Assembly: GCA_002633005.1 (NCBI GenBank) | Contig: NMRA01000155.1 | Span: 427,844 to 491,843, forward strand | Direction of reading: 5' to 3' | Origin: Phoronis australis | Taxonomy: Eukaryota; Animalia; Phoronida | Length of the DNA stretch: 64,000 nt | Part shown: positions 51,901 to 64,000 of the stretch, piece after piece | How the letters are laid out: each line of letters opens with the position of its first letter | How positions within the stretch are numbered: the first letter of the stretch is position 1 | The notes under the pieces: generated by a model | The model's database searches: none | Told to the model about the DNA's origin: nothing | The model's input: the letters and a program-made list of their open reading frames with translations, nothing else | Position numbers and translations under genes: made by a program

Positions 51901-54900
51901 AATAATGATCGACATTCCCGCAGAAATGGGTGCATTCTGGTAAATCACGTGGGCCCTACGAAAACATGACGTTTGCTGTAAGGTGTGCTGCAAACGTCCA
52001 GCAAATAATTTTGCATGCAACAATCCAGTTGCAGTGTTTGCAGGAGTTCAGCTGCAATTCAGCCCCACACATTGCTGCATTCTCGCTGCAACCACTGAAG
52101 TCTTCAGCAAGGTTGCGGAAAACTCAGTTTACAGTACAGAGTTTGCGGGATGGTTGCAGCAAATTTTGAGGATTTGTTTGCTCGACAGTTGTGACAAAAC
52201 TGATCAGTGATTGGCTGATAGCCCTGAATGAATAAAATGTCGCTTAATGAGAAGTGAGAATTATCTCACTGCTAATGACATTTCAGTGAGATTCCCACTA
52301 ACAGAATGTTTTGAGTGAGAAAGCACAGTGAGAACCCAGTGAGAATTTCAGACATAGAAAATTTCTAAGTAAAAATTGAGTGAGAATTTGAAATTGTTAA
52401 ATTGAGAATGAGAATTGGGAATTTAGGATAAATGAATTTAGGATAAATGATAAACATGCTCATTAGCTGTTTGGAAATTTCAATTTTCTAAATTCAAATA
52501 AAATAGCGCCAGAGATGCAATTGATATGAAGTAGAGAAACAACTTGAAGATTTTTTTGATGAGTATTGAGAAATTACTGAACTGTAGTTTAACCAGAGGG
52601 GATGCTGGACTGAAGTTGTGGATAATATTAATAAACTAAAGGTTTGTGCCTTCCATCTACATCTAGTAGAGTGGTTGAAGCTCCATTGTTAGACTGCATA
52701 ATTGATGTCTTTGTTCTGGAGGTGCTGGCAGCTGAGTTTTTAGTATTTTGTTGATTCACCAAAAGTGTTAATTAGAAGTTGTTTAGAGGTTAAATCTACT
52801 TGTAATACAAAGGTTTAAGCATTAGTTCTTCTATAAATCATGTTGATGTTTTCAGGAGATAAGGTTTGACAATTACTACTTAAAAGGTCAAACAGGTAAT
52901 CAAGTTGTCAGTTTATGTCATTACCATATTTTTGATAAACTCACAATAATGCGCAGTATTTTGGTTACCAAGAAAGCTTTGAACTCTATTCTAATTTCAA
53001 TGGCTAAATGCATGCAGAAAACATTCGCCAGGCAGTGATATTTTCAGTATGGGTAAGAGTCATGCTGGAAGACGGGTCTCATTGAGTCAGAATGCTGTGC
53101 AAATACCGGTAGTGAGATTCTCACTGCCTTCTCACTGGAATACCGCTGTATTCTCACTGTAGTGACATTTTTGTCACTTATTTGAAAGACATCTTAATTA
53201 ATAGATTCTCACTGGAATTCAATGGGATTCTCACTTACTTTCAGCATGAGAATTTCCTGGGCTTTTTCATGGATTACTATCAATGTGATGGCTTATGGAA
53301 ACATTAACAGAAACTGTTCCATTAAGTAGGGTCGATACAAAGGTTTCAAAACCCTGCTTGCCAGCTGGACGAGTGAGCCAGAAAATCTACTCGTCCAGCC
53401 CAAAGTTCAGTCACCTGGCCGTTTGCGTCTGTCACCACAAACTTGCTGCCTGAGTGTACATAAAAATCATAATTTTGTGCGTTGATGCTATTGTATTCGC
53501 CCTGGTGCTTAGAAAAATTTGTTTCGGAAGGCGGGGGACGCTCATGGTTGTAGCCTAAGGCGGTTGAAACCTGGTCTCCTAAATGGGTGAAATCGGAAGC
53601 TTAGGATTCATCAAATTTACACGCTGTGACATACCTGTAACTTATGACAGACTTTCTTCAAAACTGTGATGCCTTGCTATCCAACTTAGTTGTAACATTG
53701 CGATCAATTTTAGAAAAAATGTGCTGAAATCCCAGCCGGGCGAAAACTTGCCCTCTGATGCGTTGCTGCTTCGCGATCATCTACAGGGAAGTTAAATTCT
53801 TGAGTAAAAGTACACTGAGTTTCGATTCAACAAATTACCTGAAATTCTCCTTAAGTTTTCCAAATAGCGTCCCTAAGATTTTTAAGTTCCTGTGGAGTCG
53901 GGATTAACCACAGATTAATTCCAAATCTGCGCTAGATCGCACCCCGCAACGAGAAAAATCTGGACGAGCACACGTTGTTGTCATGGTCACGTGGCGTTTG
54001 TTTTGAAGTTAGTCTGCAGGTGTGCGCCGAGTGAGCGAGCCTGTGTGTGTCATCGGAGTTCATTTGCCAGAGTAATAGGCCCACATATATGTATTCCCTA
54101 GCGCGTGCTTCTTGTTCACGTGCTCTTTAACACTGGTCAAGTTTCGATTCGTGGTTTTTGTGTGCTGACATATTTATATGTGGGCGCATTATGCCGTCAT
54201 TTCCGTCCGTCCGTCCGGCGTCTGATGCTCTACCTCCGAAATGCCTTGACGTATGTTCATGAAATTTTGCGCATCTGTTTCTTCCATGCCGGATGGGACG
54301 ACATGAGCGAACTTTCGGATGGATCCAACTACCGGTGTGCCCCTAGTGGCAATTTTAGTTTTTACCTTTACCTCTGTATCTTCAAAAGTCCTGAACGGAT
54401 TTTCATAAAATATGATATTTAGGCGCCTATTAGTTAGATGACGCTATGCTCTGGTTTTTGGATGGATTCGATGTAGTTTGCACCACCTTTTGGCCATTCT
54501 TGCTGTTTTCTAATCTGTTTTTTGCGTCCACCCCTCTATCAACCAAACCACTCAAAGCATGATTGTGAAAATTGTATGTTCTTAGTACGAAGTGGACGGC
54601 TGACGCTGATTTTCTGACGACTTCGACTACTGTGGCGCCTCCTAGTGGCAGTTTTGTTTTTTTGCTCCCATGGCTATATCTCAGTCCTAAACCGTTCGCA
54701 TGATCTTTACTAAATTTAGTAAGGTTATTTTTATGATGTTAACAACGAAAGACGACTTTCAGACGCATCTGAATACTGGTATGCCACCTAGTGGCATTTT
54801 TATTTTTTTACGTTTACCTCTGTGTGTTCAAAGGTCCTCAACGTATTGTCATGAAATGTGGCATACAGGCATCTGTTAATGAAGTGACACTATCTCTCCA

Positions 54901-57900
54901 TTTTCAAATGGATTCTACCTATAGTTTGCCCCACCTAGTGGCCATTTTTACTGTTTTTTGGCGTCCACTCGTTTATCAACCAAATCGCTTTCAGGATAAT
55001 TGTGAAAATTGGCATGTATGTTTTTTCTATGACGTGGACAGTGGACGATGATTTTCTGACGAGTTTGACTTCTGTGGTGCCTCCTGAGTGTCAGTTTTGT
55101 TTTTTTGCCCTCATGGTTGTATCTCCTAAACCGTTTGCAGGATCTTTACTTAATTTAGCTAGTGTATTTATATGATGTTGACAATGGACGACTTTCAGAG
55201 AGATCTGGCTGCTGGTGTGCCCCCTAGTGGCAATTTTAGATTTTTACGTTTACCAGTCTGTATCTTCAAAGGTCGTCAACAAATTTTCATAAAATTTTGA
55301 ATATTGGTTAGATGACGCTATCATTTTACGCCACCTAGGGGCCATTTTTGCTGTTTTCAAATCTTGTTTTTTGCATCCACCCCTCGATCAACCAAATCCT
55401 TCTTGGGATGATTTTGAAAATTGGCGTATATGTTTTCAGTGTGAAGAGGATGCTTGATGATGGCGACTGGCTACTGTGGCGCCTCCTAGTGATAGTTTTG
55501 TTTTGTTTTGTGCCCATAGCTGTATCTCCAAAACCCACTGCAGGGTCTTTGTTAAAATTAGTTACGGTAAAGTCGCGTGATTTTCGGACGGCCCGCCATT
55601 TTCGACCAAGAATAAATATTTACGANAGATACGCAAATTGGCCATATATTCTGCTGGACTTATATACGGAAATCTACGGTGAATCTTCTTAAACCTGTAA
55701 ACCATGAAAATTTCATTGAGACAGTTTTGTTCTACTAACATGTTCAACTAACATTCCGTTCATGCAAGTCGGTCAGTTGCGTTTAAGTCGTTATTGCAAC
55801 AGGTAAGTGTTGTTTTGATTTTTGTTTGGTGCTTCCATATTTTATTTTGTTATGTATTCCTCTCCTCAGATAGTCACTGTTATTTTTCAAAAACATTTCA
55901 GCCTGTAGTGAATTTATATGAATATAACAGACAACGACTTTCAGGCGGATCGAATGGATGCTCAGTGCCCACAAGTGGCGAATTTCATTTTGTTCTGTTT
56001 TCCTTTGTTTCTCTGAAGTTCCTTGACACATTTTTATGAAATATGGCATGTTCCTGTTTTTGGATGAATTATACTTTTTTGCTCCATCTAGTGGCCATTT
56101 TTATGAAACAAATAAACCTAAAAACAAACCATTTGCGATGCACTCGTGGCCACAATATTCAAGGCTCCGCGTTGCTCTTGTTACTTCCCCAAGTAATCTG
56201 GATTTCTGTTGAGGTAGAATATCTGTACGGGAAAGATACAATACAATCTCGTTGACCAGTACGCAGCATCTGTTCTGAAAAGCCAGACCATAGTGGGACA
56301 TGTTCCTCACACGAGGAGCAAAGCTTTTGTGTTTTTTAAGCACTGCTGAAGTTTGAAGTCTACAGCCATGGCTAAATACCCCGGCAAGCGGCGACTGGCT
56401 TGTGGTCTAGAAATTCCGCACACAATGATATTTCAGGACTGTCGGATATGATTGATAAATTGAAGACATTACTGTAAATCAAATTTTAGAACTCTAGGTA
56501 TGGCATTTTTCGCATAATGTACACGTTCATGGACTGGGTGCTTATTTTAGCGAAGTCTGAAAACGAGTGGGGAGAGGCACTTATAGGGGCATGGAGGCTT
56601 ATTAGGACGAATGTTATTATTTATAAAATAATTTTGGCTAAAATGACTTTACACATTACAATAAGAAATCAGCTCCAAGAAATGTGGCATTTCACTTGCT
56701 GTGAACACATGAACCGGTCTTCAACCTTTCCCTCCCTTTATTCGTTTCGTACTAGTCCACAAATTCCATTGTGCAGACCACTATTGTGATATTTTGTCTC
56801 GACTAATCGCGTAACAGCAGGTGATATCTACTGAGTCGGTAGAAGTGCACTGCACAGATGTTAAACTGACAGAGCATCGATCAGCACGTTGACCAAAGTG
56901 AACCTTAAAACCATCATGATAAAAACAACATAAGGAGGATAAAATTAAGTCATGTTCATCTGGGAAACAACATAGTGCGTTTGTGCTCTGAAAATTTGCT
57001 CGCCACCTGGGCAACGGGCAAGTCAACTTCTACTCGCCCAGCACCATTTTTACTTGCATTGGCAACTCGATCAGGCGAGTGGCTAAGTATATCCCTGTGT
57101 AGATGTTTACCCCAAATTTGACAAAATATAGTTTCATCTGTTTAATCTGGTTTGTAGACTTTTGTGGTAAATTGTCCACAAAGTTGGAGCCAGTGTGCTG
57201 CATGTGTTTCCAGGAAGGCCTTTTTTGTGTGGGTGGCCCTGTATCACATGAACACCCCCATGTTGATGAACTGCTCTCAGTCCATACGGAAGTCAAAAAG
57301 TGGGACTTAATTAGTAAATATTGACTGGCCATTGAGGGAAGTATCACACCATCGGAAATGATGTTACAGCATTGTAGACTTAATTCAACATCAGCGTGCC
57401 CTGATCCTGTTAGATTTTAATGGGTTTCAGTGTTGTAAAATGTTGATTTGTCTCCTCTGTGGTGTATAGAGAAACTGCACAAGCATCCAGTATTTACTTT
57501 CATCCCAGGTGTTGTGGCAATTAAACGAGTTCTTTGCATGTTACTATTTTTTGCATTGCAACTTAATGAGCCATATGCTGTGTCTTATGTGGAGCTCACT
57601 TATGGACAGTTCGTAAGCCAGATCATATGTTTGACCCCAAATCAGATTGAAAAGTCTACATTTCACTGGGCTTGGAATTTTCCGNGGGAAAGGTTCACAT
57701 CGACCATTTCAAGGCTGGGTAGCGCGCATGATTTGGGCCATAAAAGTTTCCGCGTTTTTTGTCATTGGTCATTCCAAGCCCTGACATTTCAATGACTCAT
57801 TATGACTTGTGGTTATAGGCTAGCTCTGCCTTCCCATGGTGATTTGATGTGATTGGCAGAATGTTGACATTTTTGTACTAATGTTATGCTGATGAGTTAA

Positions 57901-60900
57901 TTATAAGGTTGCAGACAGGACCCCTCTCTGAAGGCAAGTTTAGTAGGTCTGATCTACCTCATTATGTGGTAAACTGTCCAGAGTAATGAGCTCATCTACT
58001 CGGGACAGTCTTATAAGTAAACCATGAAGATCGCATGAAAAGCATTTTGCGTCATGTTTTGATCAGTTGTACAGTCTGTGTTCACATTTTGGCATGATAT
58101 TAAAAGTACATCTTAATAATGTTGCAATTTTTGAATTAAGGGACTGCAGACCCAAGGGCTGAGTTTGAACGACTAAAAAACAGGGCCAAGTTGCTGAAAG
58201 ATCAAGGAAGAATAAAGGAATCTCTGGAAGCATTCCTTCTTGCTAAGGATGTGGCAATTGAAAATGAAAGTGTGTTACTGAAAAGGCATGTAGCTGATGT
58301 GTTTGTCAGTTGTTCAGAACTGCATGTTGCCTGTGGTGAGCTAGAACAAGCGACGAATATGGCTGCCATCAGTATAGAAAAAGACCCTATGTGGTACAAG
58401 GTTTGTTTCTTTTGAGTTTTCTATCTTAATGTAAGGTGGTTGAATATTGACATTGCCGACTGCAGTAGCATTGTTAACTTAGACATGGAGATAAGACCAG
58501 CTTGCGTAAAGCATTTAATTAATTTTTAATTTATTAAATTTTGATGTTTGCATGATTTTAACACTCTAACACTCTAATTGTAATTAAACATAATGTTTGT
58601 CCCTGGGCCCTGGCATCAATCAAAATTGATATCTAGTTTGCAGCGTGATGACTGCAAGTTCAAAAGCAATCCGTGCATAGTGCAATGCATAAAGTTCTGT
58701 TTTGCTCTCTGCAATTACTCCATGTGACACCGTTATCAACTATGACTATAGGGATTTTACCAGTATGGTCTGGTCCTAAAGAAGGTTGACTGGAAGTATG
58801 GCGTGGAGAGACCTTTCTTTCATGCTTTAGACCGACTGCGTTCAAGTTCTCATGACGACACAAAAGTCATCATTCTTGAAGAACTTGTTGACTTGTTGCC
58901 AAATGAGCCGAGTAAGTAGAAAGCTTTTGTTAAAGTCAATACCTTAATCGTTCGGGTTAACGCCCATGCTCAGTTAACCGCCCATCCCCGACTTTAAGTG
59001 GATTTCCGATTTAACCGCCCACTGCTCGGTTAAGCGCCCCCCTGCGATTTTTGAAGATTTCCAGTTAAGCGCCCACCTCTCGGTTAAGTGCCCATCCCGA
59101 CTTTTAAAGAATGAAGATTTAGCGCCTAGTGCTAAGGAAACGCGCGATTCCCCGACTTTTAGAAAAAGATCGATGATCACAATGAGTGCAACGACGCTGG
59201 GACTCCAAGACGGTGGTTTAGCAATCTGAATTACAATACAGGTAAAGAGTTATTGTCTTGAGTCATGAACTCACTTCAAAATACTGGAACCTTTTTGTCA
59301 CTTTATTTTCTTCCCTAATGTTTGCAAAGTTTAAGAACGCCGCCGGCGTCAAAACCTCCGCTTTCAGCGACTTTGTCTGCCGCACTGAGTTTCTGTCTGC
59401 AGTGCACTAGATAAAACATATATTCGAAAAAATCAGGCCAGAGAAATGTGACAATGGTTTTGCCAACCCTCCAAATTCTATTAAGGTGGGAAGCTCTCGT
59501 ATTTTGAACAAATCTCACAACTCACGGAAAGATGTCAAATTCTCAATATTTTGATGAATATAACTGCCGGGTTATAGAGGATGTGGGGCGACCGAAGGGA
59601 CAGTACAAGTGCCTTACTGGGTTACCGATTTCGTTGCTGCCTGTCGATTTCTGAATTCAAACGTTGGCAATAATGTATGTTTGTGTATGATCTTGAAGTA
59701 ATAAAAAACGGCTAGTCAAATTTTGTTTTTCGCTTATTGCATCTCAGTCAAACTGGTTAGCAGATTCAACTAATGTCGCTGGCTGTTCTTTACTATTTCT
59801 TGCGTCAGCCCCCACGTAAGCGTGACTGTGTGAATTATCGTTTTCACATCCCCTTTTTAGCCATCCGGAATAGTTTTGTTCATACATTGGCCATTTTCAG
59901 CCTGAACAAAAATTCTTACCATTCGAGTCTGAAATATCTACGACGTAGACTGCTTGACGATAGTGGGTAGGAGATTCACGCAGCTAGTTACAGGGATGGG
60001 CTTAGGGAGCATCGAGCCGGGAAATATGGGAATAGACTTGACATCGCAGTTTTGGGGAACATTGGCAACGGAGGAATATCGTAAAGAACTGGGTCTTTCG
60101 TAACAACAGCTTAAAAGCACATAGTCACGCCCGTTTTTGTTACTTCGGACTGTCGCTATGTGTGACTGATTTGTAGTGGTGCACGTGCGCAAGTTCCCAC
60201 ACTTTGGAGTGCATGTTACCTTGACACCAACATGTGATTGACAGGTGACTCACACGTAGGCCCTACGTGCTTGCTGAATACCGCCACTATATTTAGCCAT
60301 AAAAAACGAGATGCATATTGAAAGAGGCCATTATATTACTTGACGGCATTTCCAAGTCACGATTGTCAGCCGACTGAGACATTGCGCGATAACAGCGGGA
60401 CTGAACAGTGCCGCAGTGCGATATTACAAGTGATATGAATAGGATAATCTGGACATCTTGCATGAAAAATAAATGTTTTTCCACCACGAAGTTTGGTAAG
60501 GTGATCGTATAGAATAATGAACTGAAACATTGCTGTTTTCTGACATTTTGTAACATATTTATGCAGTTGCTTGAAATTTTATTCTTGACCGACGACTGGC
60601 TCGACCACCCCCGATCCTTGTCTTACTTCTTTGCATAACATGTTTGGCGCAACGGCAAGAGAGCAATGCCGGGCTGTCGAGATAAGACAGCTAGCCGCAG
60701 AACAATACGCTGAAAATATCACTGAGTCACGGAATGTCGACTATAACATCCCAAACACAAAAAAACAGCAGAGTTTTACAAACTTTTACTACAACCAATT
60801 TTAAAACTGCTCTCTGACTCAGAACTTGACAGCTACATATAGTACGAGACCAGAAATTTGATGTCTGACCTCTGCAACACGTGAAGCTTGCACGCGCGCA

Positions 60901-62294
60901 CTTAAGCAGGGTCACATCTTGAAACAGTTTTATTCTAGTGGAGGCTGCGTGGTCACTGGTCGTCTGCGCACCGCAGGACGGCACGGGCTATTACTCAGCA
61001 ATTTTGTAAATTTAATAGTGAATGACTAATCAGAGGGCAAGAGAACCTTTGTTGGGATCATCCGCTGTTATGACGTTTTCACAGTCATTTGGCAACGTGA
61101 CGATAAAGCTTATGAGTGTCGTGTCGGGATTTAGATCGCCAGGTAAGATTAACCGCCCAGGGCGGTTGACTGTCGTAGTAAGCGCCCATGTTCGGTTAAC
61201 CGCCCATCCCCTACTTTAGGTGGATTTTCGATTTAACCGCCCACTGCTCGGTTAACCGCCCTCCCCGAATTTTTTGGTTCGCCAATTTAACCGCCCAGGG
61301 CGTTAACCCGAACGATTACGGTCAGTCACAAATAACACTTTGAAGAAAGTAAAGTTTTATAGTATGGAAATGTAGTTGGGTAAGCAAGTGCCTGTTGGGT
61401 AATTTCCAATGTATTTTCAGAACTGTCACATGATGAACAAATTTTATCAAAAGGCATATTACGCTAACATTTATTTCACACCATCTTAGAACTTTGGGAG
61501 TTAGTTCCATAGTTTGGAGTTCTCGCTTCGGTTCACTCGCAAAGAGATTGACAGGGTTTCACCAGAAAGAGAATTTCAGAGTAAATTAGAAGGTACGGAA
61601 ACAAGAACGAGAATGTGCATGTATTCATTACGTTCTATTGTGTTTTAATTGTTCTTCTGTTTGCTTTCACTCAAAAATACTTTAGCATATTTTGTGACCT
61701 AATGCTACTAGATTTGAGAAAAATCAATGCATGACTACCTTTAAGTTGCCGCATTTCAATGCTTTTTAGTTGCTCCTTTTCTTTTGTTATTATTTGTGTT
61801 TTTGGTATGCCCTTGTCATACTCTGAGTTTGACTGTCCAGTTGATGATCTTTCACCAAATCTTTTATTTGAACTTCGTGTTGAAAGTGAGTTACATATCC
61901 ATGTTTAAAACCATATGAATCCTGAAGTGTTTCTGGTAGAAAGAATTGACTAGAATTAAATTACTTATTTTGAATACAGTTGACGCTGAGCTTCGTAAGC
62001 ACTACTCCCTGTCACGCAGTGTGTGGACCAAACTCTTGCCATTGCTGTGCGAACATTGTAAATGGAAAGCTGTTCACTATTTGCTGGTATCACCTGGAAA
62101 CAGACAGGAACTTGCAGGTAGTCTTGATATCTCAGACCTCCAGGTTCAGGGTGTTCATGACATGACTAGTAAAGAATGGACACTGTATGGTAAAGCAGTA
62201 CTGATGGAGCTGGCAAAACGGGGTTGCAGGTTGAATCTTGCCTTGCCTGAGGAACCACTGTTGCATGCAGTTTTGGGGCTGTGTGCAAAACACG
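45903..62294 (+). CDS. TRANK1: TRANK1-like TPR and ankyrin repeat protein, partial (5' end unresolved, 3' end beyond the window)
   Basis: Exons 45903-46171, 49221-49377, 50398-50712, 51411-51704, 58141-58400, 58752-58911, 61980-62294 splice in frame. TPR ends DPSFYKGH/DPMWYKGF, FPGKVWTALICDLSKKQRW, LLVKLLDRGA..PLLHATVFQC and the ankyrin-like NAMDSGGNTLLQ resemble the TRANK1 N-terminus as recalled. The symbol indicates family likeness; orthology is not established. Confidence 0.75.
46410..47570. mobile_element. Satellite-bearing interspersed element (HINE/Helentron-associated-like), copy 1
   Basis: Subunits of about 120-160 bp centred on CCTAGTGG; ends CATTTGCGGTGCATTCGT, like copy 2. Confidence 0.7.
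48942..49094 (-). mobile_element. 153-bp solo LTR
   Basis: TGTTGA...TCAACA termini with an identical 5-bp flank TGGTG on both sides (48937-48941 and 49095-49099). On the minus strand TATATAT is followed by AATAAA and then TTTATT just before the end. Confidence 0.75.
51916..53262. mobile_element. Decayed MITE-like segments: a TGCA-rich unit (CCCGCA...TGCGGG, about 51917-52149) and an AGTGAGAA/TTCTCACT inverted multi-repeat unit
   Basis: Short CCC...GGG termini; AGTGAGA repeats at 52250-52400 face TCTCACT repeats at 53075-53260. No clear TSD. Confidence 0.4.
54150..56150. mobile_element. Satellite-bearing interspersed element (HINE/Helentron-associated-like), copy 2, interrupted at about 55563-55915
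   Basis: (GTCC)n microsatellite near 54203; higher-order period of about 440 bp (54342, 54787, 55223) made of three subunits each with a CCTAGTGG-like core; ends CATTTGCGATGCACTCGT. Confidence 0.75.
58942..61321. mobile_element. Non-autonomous Tc1/mariner-pogo-like DNA element, about 2.4 kb
   Basis: 24-bp TIRs CC(T/G)TAATCGTTCGGGTTAACGCCC, left flank TA and right flank TC, many subterminal TTAA(C/G)CGCCC repeats; no transposase recognised. Confidence 0.8.
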
Positions 62295-62711
62295 GTGAGT
62301 CTTAAATGTTACGTAGGATGCACAAAAATGTCCAAATTTGACAAAATTGTAAATATTGTACCTCTAAAATGACATCAGATTCATATGAAATTCTCAAGTA
62401 CTTTGCTTTTTTGCAGTGTTCTCTAAAAAGCTATTGGGGATTGTTTTTAAAATATACCTTTTTGTGTGGTGCGATATCAAAACATGGGACAATTTTTTAT
62501 GCATAACGTGATTTGGTCGTGATAGACTGGTCAGAAAATCCTCCCCTCATTTTCGGGTCAGTCGAAATTGAGTAAATCACATGTCTTTAGTTGGCTGGTA
62601 ACATGCGATTACACGATAATACACATTAGCTGATGGCGTTCAGATAAGAGTTGCCTAAGAAACAACACGTCTGAATTCACTTTTTCGCTCTTCTGATAGA
62701 TTTAAACTTAA

Positions 62712-63855
62712 CCCTTATCCTGCTAAGCCTCTATTCAGACAACTTTCCCTGTGTGCTAAGCTAAGTAGGTCACCACTGCTGCTATGCACTGGGCTGTTAT
62801 GAAGGTCACTCAGATTAATGACCTAACATTTTTAAATTGGAAATTTGAAGGGGTAATGTCAATTTCACATAAAAGTAGTCTGCACAAAAGTTGTTCAGAA
62901 TTTAATGGAGTTTTTCACCATATACATATCTTTACCATCGTCTTGCTGTGAATAATTCTATTAACTTTCAAACTGGACACCCTTTGTTTTTATCTGTTTT
63001 CGCACATGAGAACATTATAGCTGACACTCAAAAACCGTAATAAGCATTTTTAAAAGGGAATTCATGGGACTTGCATGTTTAACAAAGCAGATTTATTGTT
63101 TGTAACATCACATCTACAAACAAGAATGTACAGTATATAACATAGGGCCTACCTCAACTTTGCACGATAACAAATTTATGAGTGGTGCAGTCGCTTGCTA
63201 AAGTCTGTTTTGAAGTTCACCTTGATATGCAAAAACTTGAAACACGGGTGGGGACACAAAGCTATTCTGTGAAAAAGTCACAAAAATATCTAGTTCTGAA
63301 TGAGTTCCATCATGCGCGAAGGGCGTGAGCCAAGCATCGTCGTAGGCCCGTCCAAGTTCAGCTTCAGGGACCGGTAACTCCTCCAAAATTGCACTGAGAT
63401 CCGAATCGATAGAATCTGCATTACTTGTGACTGTTGTATTAGTTTCCCAGTCACTGTCACCGTCACTTTGAGTGCCAATTCCAGCTTGTTTTCACTATCT
63501 GAGTCCATGAACACTTCCTCAAGAAACTGGTCAACAGTCATCTTACCACGTTTGGCACCAGCCAAGATAAAACTTGCGTAAACTTTCAAATATCTCGGCA
63601 ACAACTCACCACAGCCATATGTTGTAAATCAGAAAAATGTACAGGAAACTATGGACTGTGGAATGCGCATGCTCACATATATAAACAGCATACGGGGTTT
63701 TCACAATTTCTGAATGAAAAACACCGGTGTCCTGGGGTGAGTACACTCTCCTTGCGCAGTCTAGCCGTAGCTTATTATAGGCGATTGAGTACACCCGACG
63801 CATTTTAGTAGGATAATTGGCTTGTCGGCTGACCTCGCCTAGCGCAGGATAAGGG
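62712..63855 (-). mobile_element. Internally deleted piggyBac-like element
   Basis: TTAA|CCCTTATCCTGC ... GCAGGATAAGGG|TTAA. The minus strand retains a frameshifted acidic peptide (AKRGKMTVDQFLEEVFMDSDSE..EELPVPEAELGRAYDDAW) resembling a transposase N-terminus. Confidence 0.85.
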
Positions 63856-64000
63856 TTAAATAGAATTTTCGAAATCTTCATAAAATTTTCGACCGCAACA
63901 TAGTTATTTGGTGGTTATACAATCCACAAGCACGCATATGTTATAGGTTCTGTATCCGTGTTTGTTAAAAACAAACTGTAGAAAGAGTATATTGGAGCGA

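Overview
Eukaryotic, AT-rich, intron-containing genomic DNA, most likely from an invertebrate animal (inference from gene content and repeat types). No prokaryotic features, CRISPR arrays, rRNA or intact tRNA were seen. Four spliced protein-coding genes could be assembled by hand from GT-AG sites with matching phases: (1) a secreted two-domain carboxylesterase/cholinesterase-family gene (+, 2447-10793) whose first domain has lost the whole catalytic triad while the second keeps it, with a 1-nt frameshift in a T5 run; (2) a YIL108W-like zinc metalloproteinase (+, 17101-24768); (3) RMND1 (-, 36216-28126); (4) a TRANK1-like TPR/ankyrin gene (+, from about 45903, running off the window) in which the N-terminal multi-exon module is tandemly duplicated. 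Introns and intergenic DNA are dense in mobile-element remnants: an L1/Tx1 RT fragment, a piggyBac deletion derivative, pogo/Tc1-like and Harbinger-like MITEs, a 153-bp solo LTR, palindromic elements, minisatellites, and two satellite-bearing elements whose subunits each carry a CTCF-like motif. Two local duplications sit on single-N joins and are probably assembly artefacts. All family assignments come from recalled motifs, not database searches, and repeat boundaries are approximate.
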